Source of the DNA: Sedimentisphaerales bacterium
GTDB lineage: Bacteria; Planctomycetota; Phycisphaerae; Sedimentisphaerales; Anaerobacaceae
NCBI GenBank assembly: GCA_035342095.1
Contig: DAOQWL010000007.1
Span: 25,015-89,014, forward strand
Direction: 5' to 3'
DNA: 64,000 nucleotides
In this document: piece after piece, positions 44,882 to 54,154 of the stretch
Layout: every line of letters starts with the position of its first letter
Numbering within the stretch: position 1 is the stretch's first letter
The notes under the pieces: model-generated
What the model was told of the DNA's origin: nothing
What the model saw: the letters and a program-made list of their open reading frames with translations, nothing else
Database searches by the model: none
Made by a program: the position numbers and the translations under genes

Positions 44882-46432
44882 TCACTCGCCCTTGCCGCCC
44901 TGCTCCAGACGTTTTACGACGACTCGGCTGCCGTTTATCGCAATGATCTGGACTTTCGTCCCTTTGTCCAGGAAATCGCCTGTAGCGACGATGTCCACGA
45001 CGGCGTCGCCGAAGCGGGCCTTGCCCGCGGGGCGCAGTCGCGCAATCACCTCGCCGGTGTCGCCCACCTGCACCGGCCGCTGGGATCGCTCCGGCGGGGC
45101 GGTCATGCTGATCTGCGAGCCGCCCCCCCTGCCGGCCGTCGCCGGAGCCAGGATCAATCCGCCCAGGAACGGCAGCTTCGGCAGATAACGAGACAGAATC
45201 CACGCGAGCACGACGAATCCCGCGAATCCCAGGGCCAGCGAGACCGCGCCGGAAGAGAGCGAATCCCAGTCCGCCGGCGTGTGAGGCCACGGGAACTCGT
45301 CCGGCGCGTTGCGGATCAGCATGCCGAACAGGCCGAAGAGGATCATCGCAATGCCCAGGATGCCGGCAATTCCGAAGCCCGGCAGCACGAAGATCTCGAC
45401 CAGCAACAGGAGGATTCCCGCAAACAGCAGCACCACCTCCAGCCAATTGGCCATGCCGACCATGTACTTGCTTCCGAGCATCAGGGCAAAACAGACCACG
45501 GCCACGATCCCGGGCAATCCGAAGCCCGGCGTGCTGAATTCGATATACACGCCCAGCATCGCCAGCATGACGAGAACCCCCATGACCGCGGGCGAGGTCA
45601 GCCAACTGACCATGTGCTCCGACCACGTGGGCGCCAGCAGGATGGGCTGCCCGACGAACGTCACGCCGTCGCGATTCGCGAGGAACGCGACGGCCTGATT
45701 CACGTCGGGAACGACCGCCCTGGCGATGCCGTACTCGAGCGCCTGCGACGCAGTCAGCGTCAGCAGCTCGTCGTCGCCGTTGATCTCCTGCGCGCCGGCG
45801 ATATCATACTCATTGGCGTCTTTCGGCAGCTTGTCGCCCTCGAAGAACTCGTAGCCGCCGGTCCGGAGGTTGCGGATGCGATAGACCTCGATTTGCATGC
45901 TGACCATGGCTCTCAGGAGCAGATCGGGGTAGCCGTTGGCCTCCGCAGCCCGCTGAAACGCGGCGCGGATGAAGCTCTCGGCCTTCTCCCGCTCGACGCC
46001 TTCGAGCTTGCCGCCCAGCGTGATGGGGGCGCAGTCGCCGATGGTCGTGTTCTCCCGCATGATGATGTCCTGGCACGAGACGCTGATGAGCGCCCCGGCC
46101 GAGATGGCCTCCGTCGTGACATAGGCGATGGTCCGTCCTCGCGAAGCGACATCCTGGATCAGGTACTTGGCAATAGAGTCCGCCGCATCGACCATGCCGC
46201 CGTACGTGCTGATCTGGTAGATCAGGTAGCTCGCGCCGTCGTCCAGCGCAAGCTTCGTGCGGCGCTGAATGGAATAGAACAGGGCCTGATCGATCGTCCC
46301 CTCGCAGGGAATGATCGCGGCCTTGGCCGGTGTCACGACGGTCTGGGTCTCGCCCGCGACCGCCCCGCCGGACGAAAAGCACGTCCCGGCACAGACGGCC
46401 AGAATCAAAGTCGCTCCGACTATCCTTGTCAT
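44882..46432 (-). CDS. Membrane-bound ClpP-class serine protease (NfeD long form, YqeZ-like)
   Basis: Signal peptide, ClpP-like domain (ISTYGGMVDAADSI, TEAISAGALIS), TM block and C-terminal NfeD OB domain. ATG at 46432. The track ORF extension to 47239 was rejected. Confidence 0.8.
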   Translation of the reverse strand: MTRIVGATLILAVCAGTCFSSGGAVAGETQTVVTPAKAAIIPCEGTIDQALFYSIQRRTKLALDDGASYLIYQISTYGGMVDAADSIAKYLIQDVASRGRTIAYVTTEAISAGALISVSCQDIIMRENTTIGDCAPITLGGKLEGVEREKAESFIRAAFQRAAEANGYPDLLLRAMVSMQIEVYRIRNLRTGGYEFFEGDKLPKDANEYDIAGAQEINGDDELLTLTASQALEYGIARAVVPDVNQAVAFLANRDGVTFVGQPILLAPTWSEHMVSWLTSPAVMGVLVMLAMLGVYIEFSTPGFGLPGIVAVVCFALMLGSKYMVGMANWLEVVLLFAGILLLLVEIFVLPGFGIAGILGIAMILFGLFGMLIRNAPDEFPWPHTPADWDSLSSGAVSLALGFAGFVVLAWILSRYLPKLPFLGGLILAPATAGRGGGSQISMTAPPERSQRPVQVGDTGEVIARLRPAGKARFGDAVVDIVATGDFLDKGTKVQIIAINGSRVVVKRLEQGGKGE

Positions 46433-46524
46433 AGCCACGATTCTACCTGCCGATCCCGCCGTTCGCAACCCCGGCGGCCGGGCAACCCAAAATTCTCCCC
46501 TCCGCTCTCCCTTCCCAGTTTCCG

Positions 46525-47637
46525 CTACGCCAGGCGGCGCAGGATGTCCACACCCCGCCGGATTTCCTCGTCCGTGGTCGCGAAGCTGATTCGGAAATGC
46601 GTGTCCTTTTCGCTGAAGACGTTGCCGGGGATTACGAGCACATTGTTCTGGATCACTCGCTTGACGAACTCGCTTCCCGATGAGCCGTTCGGCGCTTTGG
46701 CGAACGCGTAGAAGGCCCCCTGCGGCTTGCACAGCTCGAACTTGTCGCGAAGCCCCTCGAACAACAGGTCCCGCTTGCGGATGTAGCCCTTCACGAGGTC
46801 GTGGACGTCGTAGCTCATCGCAGCGACCGCCGCCCGCTGGAACGGGGTCGGCGCACAGACGAACGTATACTGCTGGATTTTGACCATCTCCTCGACGACC
46901 GGTCGCAGCGAGGCCGGCGCTGCGACGTAGGCCAGGCGCCACCCGGTCATCGCATAGCTCTTGCTGAAGCCGCGCATGACGAGCACATTCTCGCAGTACT
47001 TGCCGATGCTCGTCGCCGGCCCGTCGTAGCTGAACTGCTCGTAGATCTCGTCGGTGAGCACGAGCACGTCCTTCTCGGCCGCCACCTTCGCCAGCGCCTG
47101 GATCTCCTCGGGCGAGTAGACGATGCCCGTCGGATTGCACGGCGAGTTCAGGATGATCAGCTTGGTCCGCGGGGTGATCGCGGCGGCGATCTTCTCCACG
47201 GGAAGGCGGAAGTCGGGATAGCTGTCCACGAAGACGCACTTGCCGCCCAGCAGGTTCACCACGTGCTTGTAGATGACGAAGTACGGGTCGGGTATGATCA
47301 CCTCATCGCCCGGGTTGATCAGCGCCAGGAACGCGAGAAGCAGGCCGCCGCTGACGCCGCTGGCGACGAGAACGGCCGGGTTCTTCCAGCCGAACTCTGC
47401 GGTGACCTGGGCCGCGACCTTGTCCATGAGGTCCTTCTCGCCGGCCGTCTGGGAGTAGCGGTTCATCCCGGCCTCAATGGCCTTGATCGCCTCCCGTTTG
47501 AGCGGCTCGGGCACATCGAAATCCGGCTGGCCAATCGAGAAGTTGACCGGGTTCTTCAATTCCCCCGCCAAGGCGAAGACTTTTCGTATTCCGCTTGCAT
47601 CGATCAGACTCGTCCGATCTGCCACGAGCTTCTTCAT
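46525..47637 (-). CDS. Class I/II pyridoxal-phosphate-dependent aminotransferase (aspartate aminotransferase-like)
   Basis: NSPCNPTG, and SFSKSYAMTGWRLAY (PLP lysine). ATG at 47637. Confidence 0.88.
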   Translation of the reverse strand: MKKLVADRTSLIDASGIRKVFALAGELKNPVNFSIGQPDFDVPEPLKREAIKAIEAGMNRYSQTAGEKDLMDKVAAQVTAEFGWKNPAVLVASGVSGGLLLAFLALINPGDEVIIPDPYFVIYKHVVNLLGGKCVFVDSYPDFRLPVEKIAAAITPRTKLIILNSPCNPTGIVYSPEEIQALAKVAAEKDVLVLTDEIYEQFSYDGPATSIGKYCENVLVMRGFSKSYAMTGWRLAYVAAPASLRPVVEEMVKIQQYTFVCAPTPFQRAAVAAMSYDVHDLVKGYIRKRDLLFEGLRDKFELCKPQGAFYAFAKAPNGSSGSEFVKRVIQNNVLVIPGNVFSEKDTHFRISFATTDEEIRRGVDILRRLA

Positions 47638-47742
47638 CGTTTCGTCACCGTATCCACGAAGGCATCTGCCACTCAAGAGACACAACGCCTACATCGTATC
47701 CGCTCTCGTGGTGTTGACAAGCGAAAAATCGGCAGTCGAGCC

Positions 47743-47772
47743 TTCCCACGATCGCCGCCGACACGGTATAAT
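47743..47772 (+). promoter_or_regulatory. Weak candidate promoter for tatA
   Basis: TTCCCA, 18-nt spacer, perfect TATAAT (47767-47772), 55 nt upstream of the ATG at 47827. Confidence 0.25.
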
Positions 47773-47826
47773 CCACTATCGCCCATCGGGGGCTGGGTCA
47801 GGTTCTGATCGTTGGACGAGGTGATC

Positions 47827-48288
47827 ATGGCTGTTTTCACACATGGTATGGCGTTCATCTCGATGCCGGGCAGCGGCGAATGGATCGTCATTCTCATCAT
47901 TGGCCTGCTGATCTTCGGGCGGCGCCTGCCGGACGTGGCCCGCAGCCTGGGCAAGAGCGTCAATGAGTTCAAGAAGGGAATGCGGGAGTTCCAGGACAGC
48001 GCCGACGAGGTCGTCCGCGACGTGAACAAGGTCACCAACGAGGTCGCTTCCGATGTAGAAAAGGCTTCCGGCCTGAACGACTCCGGCTACCAGGACCCGA
48101 ACGCAAACCCCTATGGTTCGGAGCAGTGCGCCGCCCCAGCATCGACCGGAGCGTCCGAGGCCGGCGCTCGCGAAGATCCGCAGCCGACCGATTCCACGTC
48201 TGTCTCCGTCGAAGACAGCGTTCCCCCTGCCGCAGAGACTCCCGCCATGCCGGATGAGAGCGCCCCCCCCGTCGAATCCATGAAGTAG
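47827..48288 (+). CDS. tatA: Twin-arginine translocase TatA/E family protein with an extended acidic C-terminus
   Basis: GEWIVILIIGLLIFGRRLPDVARSLGKSVNEFKKG. Confidence 0.8.
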   Translation: MAVFTHGMAFISMPGSGEWIVILIIGLLIFGRRLPDVARSLGKSVNEFKKGMREFQDSADEVVRDVNKVTNEVASDVEKASGLNDSGYQDPNANPYGSEQCAAPASTGASEAGAREDPQPTDSTSVSVEDSVPPAAETPAMPDESAPPVESMK

Positions 48289-48311
48289 TCCCGGTCGAAA
48301 GGAAGGACTCC

Positions 48312-49184
48312 ATGACGAGAACGCTCCGTTCGGCTGTTTGTCTGCTGCTCGCAACAGCCTGCCAAGCCAGGACGCAGCACACGGCATCAGAACCGCGAAC
48401 CGCTGCTCAGGGAAGCGGCTACGTCCTCGTCTGGGCGGATGAGTTCACCAAGGCCGGCCGGCCCGATCCGAACAACTGGGTCTATGAGAACGGCTTCGTT
48501 CGCAACGAGGAACTCCAGTGGTACCAGTCCGACAACGCATTCTGCAAGGACGGTCTGCTCGTGATCGAGGCCCGCCGGGAACACAGGCCGAACCCGGGAT
48601 ACGCGCCCGACAGCCGAGACTGGAGACGCAGCCGGCCGCACATCGAGTACACCTCCGCGTGTATCAAGACGGTCGGACGGCACGCCTGGACTTGCGGCCG
48701 GTTCGAGATGCGCGGGCGGATCGACACGCGTTCGGGCCTGTGGCCCGCCTTCTGGACGCTCGGCTCCGCCCGCGAGTGGCCGGGCTGCGGCGAGATCGAT
48801 ATCATGGAGTGCTATCGCGGCATGATCCTGGCCAACGCCTGCTGGGCGAGCGGCGCCAGATGGCGAGCCGTCTGGGACGACCTCAAGAAGCCCATCTCCG
48901 AATTCGCCGACGCCGAATGGTCATCCAAGTTCCACGTCTGGCGGATGGACTGGGACAAAGACAGCATCCAGCTCTACGTCGATGACGAGCTTCTGAACAC
49001 GGTCGAGCTGAACAAGACGACCAACGGCACGCCCGACAAGGCCAACCCTTTCCACGAGCCGCACTACATCCTGCTCAACCTCGCCCTCGGCGGAACCAAC
49101 GGCGGCGACCCCGCGGGGACCGAATTCCCCGCCCGCTTCGAAGTGGACTACGTCCGGGTCTATCAAGCCCCAGGGACACCATAG
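48312..49184 (+). CDS. Glycoside hydrolase family 16 (beta-glucanase/laminarinase-like)
   Basis: Catalytic GEIDIMECY (ExDxxE), WPAFWTLG, and a signal peptide. Confidence 0.85.
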   Translation: MTRTLRSAVCLLLATACQARTQHTASEPRTAAQGSGYVLVWADEFTKAGRPDPNNWVYENGFVRNEELQWYQSDNAFCKDGLLVIEARREHRPNPGYAPDSRDWRRSRPHIEYTSACIKTVGRHAWTCGRFEMRGRIDTRSGLWPAFWTLGSAREWPGCGEIDIMECYRGMILANACWASGARWRAVWDDLKKPISEFADAEWSSKFHVWRMDWDKDSIQLYVDDELLNTVELNKTTNGTPDKANPFHEPHYILLNLALGGTNGGDPAGTEFPARFEVDYVRVYQAPGTP

Positions 49185-49218
49185 ACAACACCTCCATCAA
49201 TTGGAGGAAGCAACAGAC

Positions 49219-49734
49219 TCATGTACGCGCTCGCGATCCTTCAAGAATCGCACGCATGTCATCCGAACACAGGAAGTCAACGTTTACTCCAGCTTCTTGG
49301 AGGGCGTCCCGCATGAGCCACCATTTGGCGTCGACTGCCTGGAAGATGGGGGGATGATCCAGGTGCGCGACTGACACGGCCACGAACTTGCGGTCCTTCC
49401 CGTGAAAGCTGGCGAGCCCTGACGAGATCGGGAACTCCTTGAAGTCGGAGGACTCTGCATCCGTTGGCGTGATGGACACCATTTCGCACCGTTCTGAATT
49501 GCGGTAGTTCGTCAAGACCCACTTCAGGAATGCATCCCCGCTTCCTGGCTGACCTGATGATCTGAGATTGGCCATGTACTCTTTGAGAATCAACCATCTG
49601 TCGTCGATCACCAATGTCCCGGCCTCAGTCAACTCTCGAAGGCGAGCAGCACATGTCTGGACACATTTCGCGGACGCCTGGGCTGACTTCCCGTTTGCGA
49701 CGACGGGTACATTCGTGTCGACGACAGCCCTCAC
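49219..49734 (-). CDS. PIN-like domain protein (predicted nuclease)
   Basis: GTG start within a GTGA overlap with the ATPase stop. Starts VRAVVDTNVPVV, then KEY, KDRKFVAVSVAH and QAVDAKWW, spaced as PIN acidic residues. A+T-richer than the flanks. Confidence 0.6.
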   Translation of the reverse strand: MRAVVDTNVPVVANGKSAQASAKCVQTCAARLRELTEAGTLVIDDRWLILKEYMANLRSSGQPGSGDAFLKWVLTNYRNSERCEMVSITPTDAESSDFKEFPISSGLASFHGKDRKFVAVSVAHLDHPPIFQAVDAKWWLMRDALQEAGVNVDFLCSDDMRAILEGSRART

Positions 49735-51110
49735 ACAGCACTCCTCATCTGTCGTTGCATGGCAGCCTCCGTCTTCGCTGTCAATTCGCCCATTTCGTCG
49801 CCGAAGAAGTCCTTTGGCCAATTCCGGATGTCACCGAACATGTCAACATCCAACTTCTCGGCCACGGACGAGGAATTCTCCATACGACAGAAGTAGAGTG
49901 CTGTCTTCTCAACACTGATACTCTCCTCAGCTATCCGTCGCTGCAGCCGGCGAAGAAAATGCTCGCTGTGGCTTTCGAGGATTACCTGCACGTTTCGGTT
50001 CTTCACGACATCGATGAAGACGTCAGCCAGCCACGCCTGCGCCGATGGATGAAGATGCAACTCGGGCTGTTCGAGAAGCAGAATCGATCCCTCTGGGACA
50101 TAATAACACATTACCAGCACCGGAAGCACCTGGGACAGACCAAAGCCGACATCCGTGATCACAACATCAGGTGACCGACGCGTTTTTCTCACCTTGACCT
50201 CGTATTCCTTGCGGTTCTCGGCAATCTGTTTGATGGAGAACGAGTCAATGATGCCCATTTGAGCCAGCCAGAATGCCAGCCTTTCCTCAAGTGTCCTGCG
50301 TCTCATCTTGGGGCCGCGCGAAATATATGGACCCCTGCGCCCGGCCGCCAGCAGTGCGGCAATGGCCAGTTCCCCTTTTCTGCCCACGTCCGGGGGAGCC
50401 TCCCCAGCCCACGTATAGATCCGCCTGGGATATTCTCGCAGAGGCCCAAGGTAGACGGTTCGACCGAACAAGCCCTCAAGCTCCAGAACGATATCCGCGA
50501 GAAAACCGACGTTCTGAAAGTAACCGCGTACCTCGTCAGGGAAGCCATAGAACTTCACAGGAGCAGGGAGAGGCCATGGCCGCCCTCGTTGCCGTTTGGC
50601 TTCGTAGGACCTGGCAACGAGTTCATAGCCTTTCTTCTTCGAATCCCCTGCCTCCCTCTCCATACCGAAGGTCTTATCGGCAAAGGAATACGAAAACCTC
50701 GCAACGCTCGGAGCTCCGGCGCTCCCACTGACCCCCAATTCAAATTGCAGCGACGGGATCTCGAAAAGCATTGCATCCCTCTCTTCAGGGTTCTTGACAC
50801 GCAAAGGGGCTAGAAGATCCCATGATAGAGACAACGATAACGAGTTCTCTGTGTCGTGGCCGTGAATCAAGTCCGCGAACGTACCCAGATCCACGATTGA
50901 CAGGTCATCTCCAGTATGCAAAACACGACGTCTGTCAGCCGACTCGACGGTCTGTTTGAGCATGAGGAGCAACTGGAGGATGCTCGTCTTGCCTGAACTA
51001 TTCGTCCCAAACAGACCCGTGAGCGGAGCCAGTCGTAACCTGCCCGTGTCCTTCCACGATTTGAAATTCTTAACCTGCAATTCCCTGATCACGGTATCTC
51101 TCCTGCTCAT
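49731..51110 (-). CDS. DUF3696-type ABC/OLD-like ATPase (AAA_15/AAA_21 class)
   Basis: LQVKNFKSW, Walker A GTNSSGKTS, LLLEQPELHLHP, ESHSEHF and the C-terminal DIRNWPKDFFGDEM. An alternative GTG start at 51092 has AGGAGA 6 nt upstream. Confidence 0.8.
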   Translation of the reverse strand: MSRRDTVIRELQVKNFKSWKDTGRLRLAPLTGLFGTNSSGKTSILQLLLMLKQTVESADRRRVLHTGDDLSIVDLGTFADLIHGHDTENSLSLSLSWDLLAPLRVKNPEERDAMLFEIPSLQFELGVSGSAGAPSVARFSYSFADKTFGMEREAGDSKKKGYELVARSYEAKRQRGRPWPLPAPVKFYGFPDEVRGYFQNVGFLADIVLELEGLFGRTVYLGPLREYPRRIYTWAGEAPPDVGRKGELAIAALLAAGRRGPYISRGPKMRRRTLEERLAFWLAQMGIIDSFSIKQIAENRKEYEVKVRKTRRSPDVVITDVGFGLSQVLPVLVMCYYVPEGSILLLEQPELHLHPSAQAWLADVFIDVVKNRNVQVILESHSEHFLRRLQRRIAEESISVEKTALYFCRMENSSSVAEKLDVDMFGDIRNWPKDFFGDEMGELTAKTEAAMQRQMRSAV

Positions 51111-51370
51111 CTACGAGCAAGACACGGAACGCCGCACAACTGCGGAGGACCGCGTGCAATAGGTTATGCCACTTGAATCGATCCCGGCATCTACGCACAC
51201 GGTAACGCGATATACCAGGCTTGTCAATTCACTACCAGAATCGAATCCTGCGGACGGAGAGACTGTCTATGCCCAAAAAGACGAGGTGGCAAGTTCGCTC
51301 GTCTATCTGACGGGGAAGCTGGGTTATTGAGTTCTTTCGGCCCGTACGAATTCGCCTACCACCGGGGTTG

Positions 51371-52693
51371 TCACTTCACTTCGTTCTGCGCTGGCTTGCC
51401 GATGCAGTAGAGATTCTGCGCGGTCCGCACGAATAGACGGCCGCCGGAGATGGGGATGGACGACTGGATATCCGGCTCGGCGATCTGGGTCTCGAAGAGG
51501 ACCTTGAATTCGTCCCCGCCCGCCTGGAGGACGACGACCTCCCCTGCCTCGCTGATCGCGTAGAGCTTGCCGTCCGCGGCCGTCGGCGAGGACCACCATG
51601 GGGCGCGTCCGCCGACCCGGCCCTGCCAGAAGGTCTTGCCGGTCTTGGGATCGAGGCAGGTGATCGTCTTTCGCCGGAGGCCGTCGAAGGCGTAGAGCCT
51701 GCCCTCGTAGAATAAGGGCGTGCTGCAATCGGGGGCCGCCTGGTCGAACTCCCACACGATTCGCGCTTCGCCCCCCTCTTGGACGGGCGGCGCGACCGCA
51801 AAGACCCCATTGTGCTTGTGTCGCGTGCCAAAGACGAGGCCTTCCCCGGTCGCCAGCGAGGGGATAATTCGCGAGTCGCGGACCTTCTCAGTCCAGTATT
51901 CCACCCGCCAGAGTTCTCGCCCGGTGGCGGTGTCGTGGGCGGTGATGAAGTCGCCGCCCGTGACGAGCAGTTCGGCCTTGCCTTCGCGAACGAACGGCAC
52001 CGGCGTCGAGTACGTCTCCTGGCCTTCGTCGAAGGCGTTCGTCTTGCGGACTTGCTTCCACAACTCCCGGCCTGTCTTTGGATGGAGGGCCAGCAGGAAC
52101 GAATCCAGGCGACCACTTGCCGGCGGGTCCCGATAGGGCGTCTGACGACGGACCAGCGTGATGAACAGGGTGCCGTCGTAGACCAGCGGGCTGCTGCTGT
52201 AGCCGAATTGCAGCGACAGGTTGCCGTAGTCCTTCTCGATGCCGCGAGACCACAACTCGTTGCCCTCGTAATCGAAGCAGACCAGAGTCCCTTCTCCATA
52301 GAGAAAGAACACACGGTCTCCGTCGGCTGCGGGCGACGGGGACGCCAGGTTGTTGCGCGGGAGCCGGCGGGAATCGGAGCCGACGTCCCTGCGCCACAGG
52401 AGCTGGCCCGTCCCAGCGTCGAGGCACATCGCCACGAAACCGCCGGTCCCTTTCACCGTCGAGGTGACGAACACCCTGCCCTTGGAGATCACCGGCGTGG
52501 CTCCGCTCGGGCCCGGCAACGGGCTCACCCACGCGATGCCCTCCGTCGCGCTCCAGGAGGCCGGGACATCCTTCTCATCGGTGGCGCCGTTGAAGAAGGG
52601 CCCGCGCCACTGCGGCCAATCCGTCGCGATCGCCGTCGCGGAACAGGCCAGAATCCAACCCAGCGACAGCACGATGTACCTGCGATCACTCAT
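51371..52693 (-). CDS. PQQ-like beta-propeller repeat protein
   Basis: Signal peptide. Recurrent D..TG..LW blades (DAGTGQLLWRR, HPKTGRELWKQ, DTATGRELWRV, DPKTGKTFWQG). Confidence 0.8.
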   Translation of the reverse strand: MSDRRYIVLSLGWILACSATAIATDWPQWRGPFFNGATDEKDVPASWSATEGIAWVSPLPGPSGATPVISKGRVFVTSTVKGTGGFVAMCLDAGTGQLLWRRDVGSDSRRLPRNNLASPSPAADGDRVFFLYGEGTLVCFDYEGNELWSRGIEKDYGNLSLQFGYSSSPLVYDGTLFITLVRRQTPYRDPPASGRLDSFLLALHPKTGRELWKQVRKTNAFDEGQETYSTPVPFVREGKAELLVTGGDFITAHDTATGRELWRVEYWTEKVRDSRIIPSLATGEGLVFGTRHKHNGVFAVAPPVQEGGEARIVWEFDQAAPDCSTPLFYEGRLYAFDGLRRKTITCLDPKTGKTFWQGRVGGRAPWWSSPTAADGKLYAISEAGEVVVLQAGGDEFKVLFETQIAEPDIQSSIPISGGRLFVRTAQNLYCIGKPAQNEVK

Positions 52694-52735
52694 TCACTGC
52701 TCTCCTGCACAATTTCCGATATGAAGGTCCGCGTG

Positions 52736-54106
52736 CTATATCTCCGTCCATTTCCCGGGGATGGGGACCGGGTACCGACCCTGCGCATCCGCCTGCAGAG
52801 GCGACGGACTATCCATCGTGAAGTTCACGCTCTCGCAGAACTTGAAATTGGAGGCCAGCATCTCCTCCCACGTGATGACCCGGCCCATGTGGATCGCGGC
52901 GCGTCCCATGATGGACGCGAGGTTCGTGTAGGCCGCTCGCTCGACCTCATTGTGCGCGCTATTCTCGCGGATCGCGGTCAGCAGCGCGTCCCACTCGGCC
53001 TGATAGGGACTCATCTTCTCCCCCTCGGGTTGCCAGACGATGCTGCCTTTCTCGCAGCGTTGGTCCTTGTACAGGTGTACGGTCGGGGCGTGGACGTTGC
53101 CCGAGAATTGTCCGGCGCACCGGGTGCCGTGGACCCACGTCGCGAACTCGTTCTTGCAGTTGGCCTGATTGCGGCTGTTGACCAGCGCCTTGGTCCCGTC
53201 GGGGAAGGTGTACTCGATCGCGTACGTGTGTACGTTCTGACTGCAATCGTCGCTGCCCGGCTCGCGACCGCCCAGTCCCTCCGCGGACACCGGCCAGGCG
53301 TCCTTGATCCAGCAGCACTCGTCCACCTGGTGGATCATCATCTCGATGAACCACGCGGAGGAGGCCCACAGGAAGAAGTAAGGCCGGCGGATTTGCCAGA
53401 GCAGCTCGCTCTCGCCGCCGGGGAAAGGACCCATCCGCGCGCCCGGGTCCATGCGGTAGGCGCGAATCAACTGGATCTGGCCCAGCGCCCCCTCTCGAAT
53501 CTTCTGGATCATCGCCTGGCGGGCGGACGAGTGCCGGCACATGAGTCCGCAGCCGATCTTGAGGTCCTTCTTCCTGGCGGCCTCGCCCAGGCGGAGGATT
53601 TCCTTCGTGCCGCCCGGGTCGGGGGCAAATGACTTCTCGATGAACGCGTTGACGCCCTTCTCGACCGCGTACTTCAGGTGGGTCGGGCGGAACGCAGAGT
53701 GCGTCGCCTGGATCATCACGTCGCCCGGCTTGAGGCAGTCGATCGCCTTGCGATAGGCGTCGAAACCGGTGAACCGCCGGTCGGGCGGGACGTCGACCTG
53801 CCCGCCGAACTGCTCACTGAGCGCCTTGTGCGAGTTCGTCAGCCGGTCCTCGAAGACATCGGCCATTGCGATCAGTTTCGTGGGCCCGGTCTTGGACGAC
53901 ATCGCGTTGCCGGCCGCCCCGCTGCCTCGCCCGCCGCAGCCGACCAAGGCCAGGCGAATCGTGTTGTCCTCGCCGGCCCAGGCCCGGGACAGCAGGCCGC
54001 CCGCCAGCACCGACGCGGCGACTGCCCGTCCGCTGCTCCCAAGGAACTCCCGACGAGAAGATCGATCAGACTTGGCCGATACGTGTTGCCTATTCCGGCG
54101 ACTCAT
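52736..54106 (-). CDS. Tat-exported Gfo/Idh/MocA family oxidoreductase
   Basis: SRREFLGSSGRAVAASVLAGG twin-arginine signal and Rossmann motif IRLALVGCGGRGSGAA. Confidence 0.85.
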   Translation of the reverse strand: MSRRNRQHVSAKSDRSSRREFLGSSGRAVAASVLAGGLLSRAWAGEDNTIRLALVGCGGRGSGAAGNAMSSKTGPTKLIAMADVFEDRLTNSHKALSEQFGGQVDVPPDRRFTGFDAYRKAIDCLKPGDVMIQATHSAFRPTHLKYAVEKGVNAFIEKSFAPDPGGTKEILRLGEAARKKDLKIGCGLMCRHSSARQAMIQKIREGALGQIQLIRAYRMDPGARMGPFPGGESELLWQIRRPYFFLWASSAWFIEMMIHQVDECCWIKDAWPVSAEGLGGREPGSDDCSQNVHTYAIEYTFPDGTKALVNSRNQANCKNEFATWVHGTRCAGQFSGNVHAPTVHLYKDQRCEKGSIVWQPEGEKMSPYQAEWDALLTAIRENSAHNEVERAAYTNLASIMGRAAIHMGRVITWEEMLASNFKFCESVNFTMDSPSPLQADAQGRYPVPIPGKWTEI

Positions 54107-54154
54107 AACTGCTCCTTCCCAGTTGATTGTGTGCCCATGCAGTATTCCACTCGA

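Noticed and set aside
44882-47239. 785-aa ORF-track version of the NfeD protease gene
   Set aside because: The first ~270 codons overlap the aminotransferase gene out of frame and are Arg-rich junk. The true start is the ATG at 46432, which is followed by a signal peptide.
49185-51370. Searched the borders of the ATPase-PIN islet, and of the 6.1-7.9 kb islet, for direct repeats, att-like sites, tRNA genes, integrase or transposase remnants
   Set aside because: None were found by eye. The only nearby features are a short CCTCCA/TGGAGG hairpin (49199-49215) and a 13-nt repeat-arm fragment at 51372-51386. A mobile-element call is not supportable.
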